This document shows, piece by piece, positions 61,775 through 64,000 of a stretch of DNA of 64,000 bases. The position numbers and the translations under genes are program-made. Under the pieces are notes generated by a model that had not been told where the DNA came from, made no database searches, and saw only the letters and a program-made list of their open reading frames with translations. The DNA comes from Podarcis melisellensis (lineage: Eukaryota), in NCBI GenBank assembly GCA_964234715.1, contig OZ174279.1. One strand, given 5' to 3'. Numbering within the stretch: position 1 is the stretch's first letter; each line of letters begins with the position of its first letter.

Positions 61775-64000
61775 TCTGGCCATGCCCAACTACAAGGATG
61801 GGGAAGAAATTGAGGAGATTCTCAACAAGTTTTAAAACTTCTTACACAGTGAGAAGCCCACACAAAAGAGGGTTGTTAGCCCTTAGTTTCCACAGCATCT
61901 CCGGAAGGTATGAAACGGGCATAGATCAACCAACTTGTTATCATATCCAGGTATTAAAGCAGTGTGGAAAGCCAATGCATTTTTGTACAATTCAGCTGCC
62001 CAAGGAATGGGGTTTTCGTGATTGCAGGTGAATTTTTGAACAAGAAGCCAGCATCCTATAAGCACTAGCCCTGTACAGTCGAAGTAAATACCCGGGAGCC
62101 AGATTTGTCAGTTGAGAAAGCTTAGCACTTTCATTAACTGCATGAACTCCCAAGTCAGTCTGATTCTGCTCAGACTTCTGGAAACATCTAGTTCACACTC
62201 AGCATGCCGAGAGACTTAATAGAGGCATTGAACAGCTGCCAGGATTCTTGATCCAACACTGCTATACACAAGGCTTTGCAAAACAGGATAAACAGCTTTG
62301 TTTCAAGCTAGCACCCAGTGACTTGTGCATCCGCAAACCTGAAGGGATCTATTTCCAAACTTCAGAGTCCTTGTAAGTAAGATATAGTACAATCTGGAGG
62401 CTTATGGGAAGAGGAGTCTTAAGCCTCTAAGTCCCATGAATAGTTCCTTACATGATACCCCTTGGATGACAAAATTTGATTTGCATATATGATCAATTTA
62501 CCCAAATGCGTGGTCTGTGCATACCTAGATTCTTCTACCTACAGCTTAATCTCATGCATGCTTATTAAGAAATAAATCCCATGGTGTTTGGTGGGGCTTA
62601 CTGTTAGTTAAATGGGTACTTCATACTGCAATTTTACACACAAGTGCTGTATCACTTCTGGGGATGCTTAGTTGCACTTTAAAAAATATATGATGTAGGA
62701 TAGCTTGTTGTTAGTGTGCTAAGTAACTATTTGCAAAATGTGTACCGGTTCTGGTCCAGTCATAAGAACCCAAGAAGAGCAGAGGTGTCAACTTGAATAA
62801 AATATCTGGGGGGAGCTGATGACATGCCCTGTGATGAGTGGGGGCTGGGAGGAGCCAGGGGGCAGAGCCAAGTATAGTGGCAGTGGCGATAGCTAGGGGG
62901 GCACTCGGCTTCAATGGCAGTTCTATTGATTTATAGGTACCACTCTCTCTCCACTGTCATCCAAATTGGGGGATGAGTGCATCAAATTGCCCTACCCCAT
63001 AGTCTGCCCTATTCAGGAGTGAATTGCTTTTTGCATTAAAAAAAATCCACAAAAAACTAGACTGACCTATGGATGTGTACGTATGAAGCTAGCATGGAAT
63101 GAAAATAAGCTTATCTGTTCACCCTGAGTTGCTCCACAGGGGCCTACAATTATTTAGCCCCCAACCCAGGAGGAGCAAGGGGTTGGTTAAGCAAATATGA
63201 GAAGTTGAGCTATAAGACTTTCAAAATGAGCTGTTGCTCTAAGAGATGGACAGGTAGAGAAATTTTGGCTCTGATTCACATGCTGATAAACAAGAGCCAA
63301 GAGCACATTTCCACCTGGCCTCAATGCAAGTTTATTTTTGGAAGGGACTTTTTCTTTTCTGTTTGGCAACGAGTCTATACACTTGGCTCATCTGCAGTTC
63401 AGTTTATCAGACTTTTCCATTCCTAACTACAATACAACAACAGACTAATGGCCTATCAAATGTAGTATCTTCTTCTCTGACCTTATAAAAGCAAGTCAGG
63501 CCTGATTCTCCGTAACTGACTCCTATGAAAGTTATAATACAATAGCTAAAAAGTCATAAAAGCTTCCGGAGAACTGTTCTGATTTAGTGGATGGAGGGGA
63601 AGATGAAGAAAAAAATCCATGAACCTTGCAAACCTTTAACCACCAATTATTTTGATGGTGGTTTACATGTATAGTCATCTCATGATCCAAAGGACCCTTG
63701 GGGCAGCTTACAATAATAGGCAATATCCATATCATTTAAAAACAATCAATAAAATCACAAGTAAAACTATAAAAGCTACAATCCATTCTGCACTGCAGTT
63801 AGAAACATATTAGACACTAGAATCTCTCTCTCCCTCTCATGCACTGAACCACCAAGAACTGGGTGAGCAGTGGATAACAACAACAACATTATTATATATC
63901 TGGCTGGCTGAATTCTGTTGAATTTCAGTCTTGATGACAATGGTCCAATCTGTCCCACTTTGTGTGGATTTTTTGACCAAGCATACAAAAAGTCCCCATT

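Noticed and set aside
1-64000. CRISPR arrays, rRNA, operons or other prokaryotic systems
   Set aside because: The sequence is vertebrate; no repeat-spacer array or rRNA was seen, and the recombinase belongs to the retrotransposon.

Overview
Vertebrate, repeat-dense DNA with no recognisable host exon, so probably intergenic or deep intronic. The repeat set (Sauria SINE, BovB/RTE, squamate-type L1, L2, CR1, tRNA-headed SINEs, hAT and Tigger-like MITEs) points to a squamate, probably a lacertid lizard; this is an inference. Two elements dominate. (1) A defective, 5'-truncated Ngaro-type tyrosine-recombinase retrotransposon on the minus strand (11980-15748). It has B1-A2-B2 split direct repeats, RT/RNase H remnants, a tyrosine recombinase and an extra SGNH-hydrolase ORF. 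Both downstream ORFs lack an ATG and are preceded by same-phase splice-acceptor-like sites, and the element sits inside an exact 234-bp flanking duplication. (2) A very young full-length Ty1/copia element (17292-22465, minus strand) with apparently identical 364-bp LTRs, a 5-bp TSD, a half-tRNAiMet-type PBS and a single homopolymer frameshift, inserted inside an L1 ORF2. Smaller oddities include an L1/BovB inverted chimera within one TSD, a MITE inserted on the axis of another palindrome, and several long inverted or tandem repeats. There is a 198-N assembly gap at 22818-23015. All alignments were done by eye.
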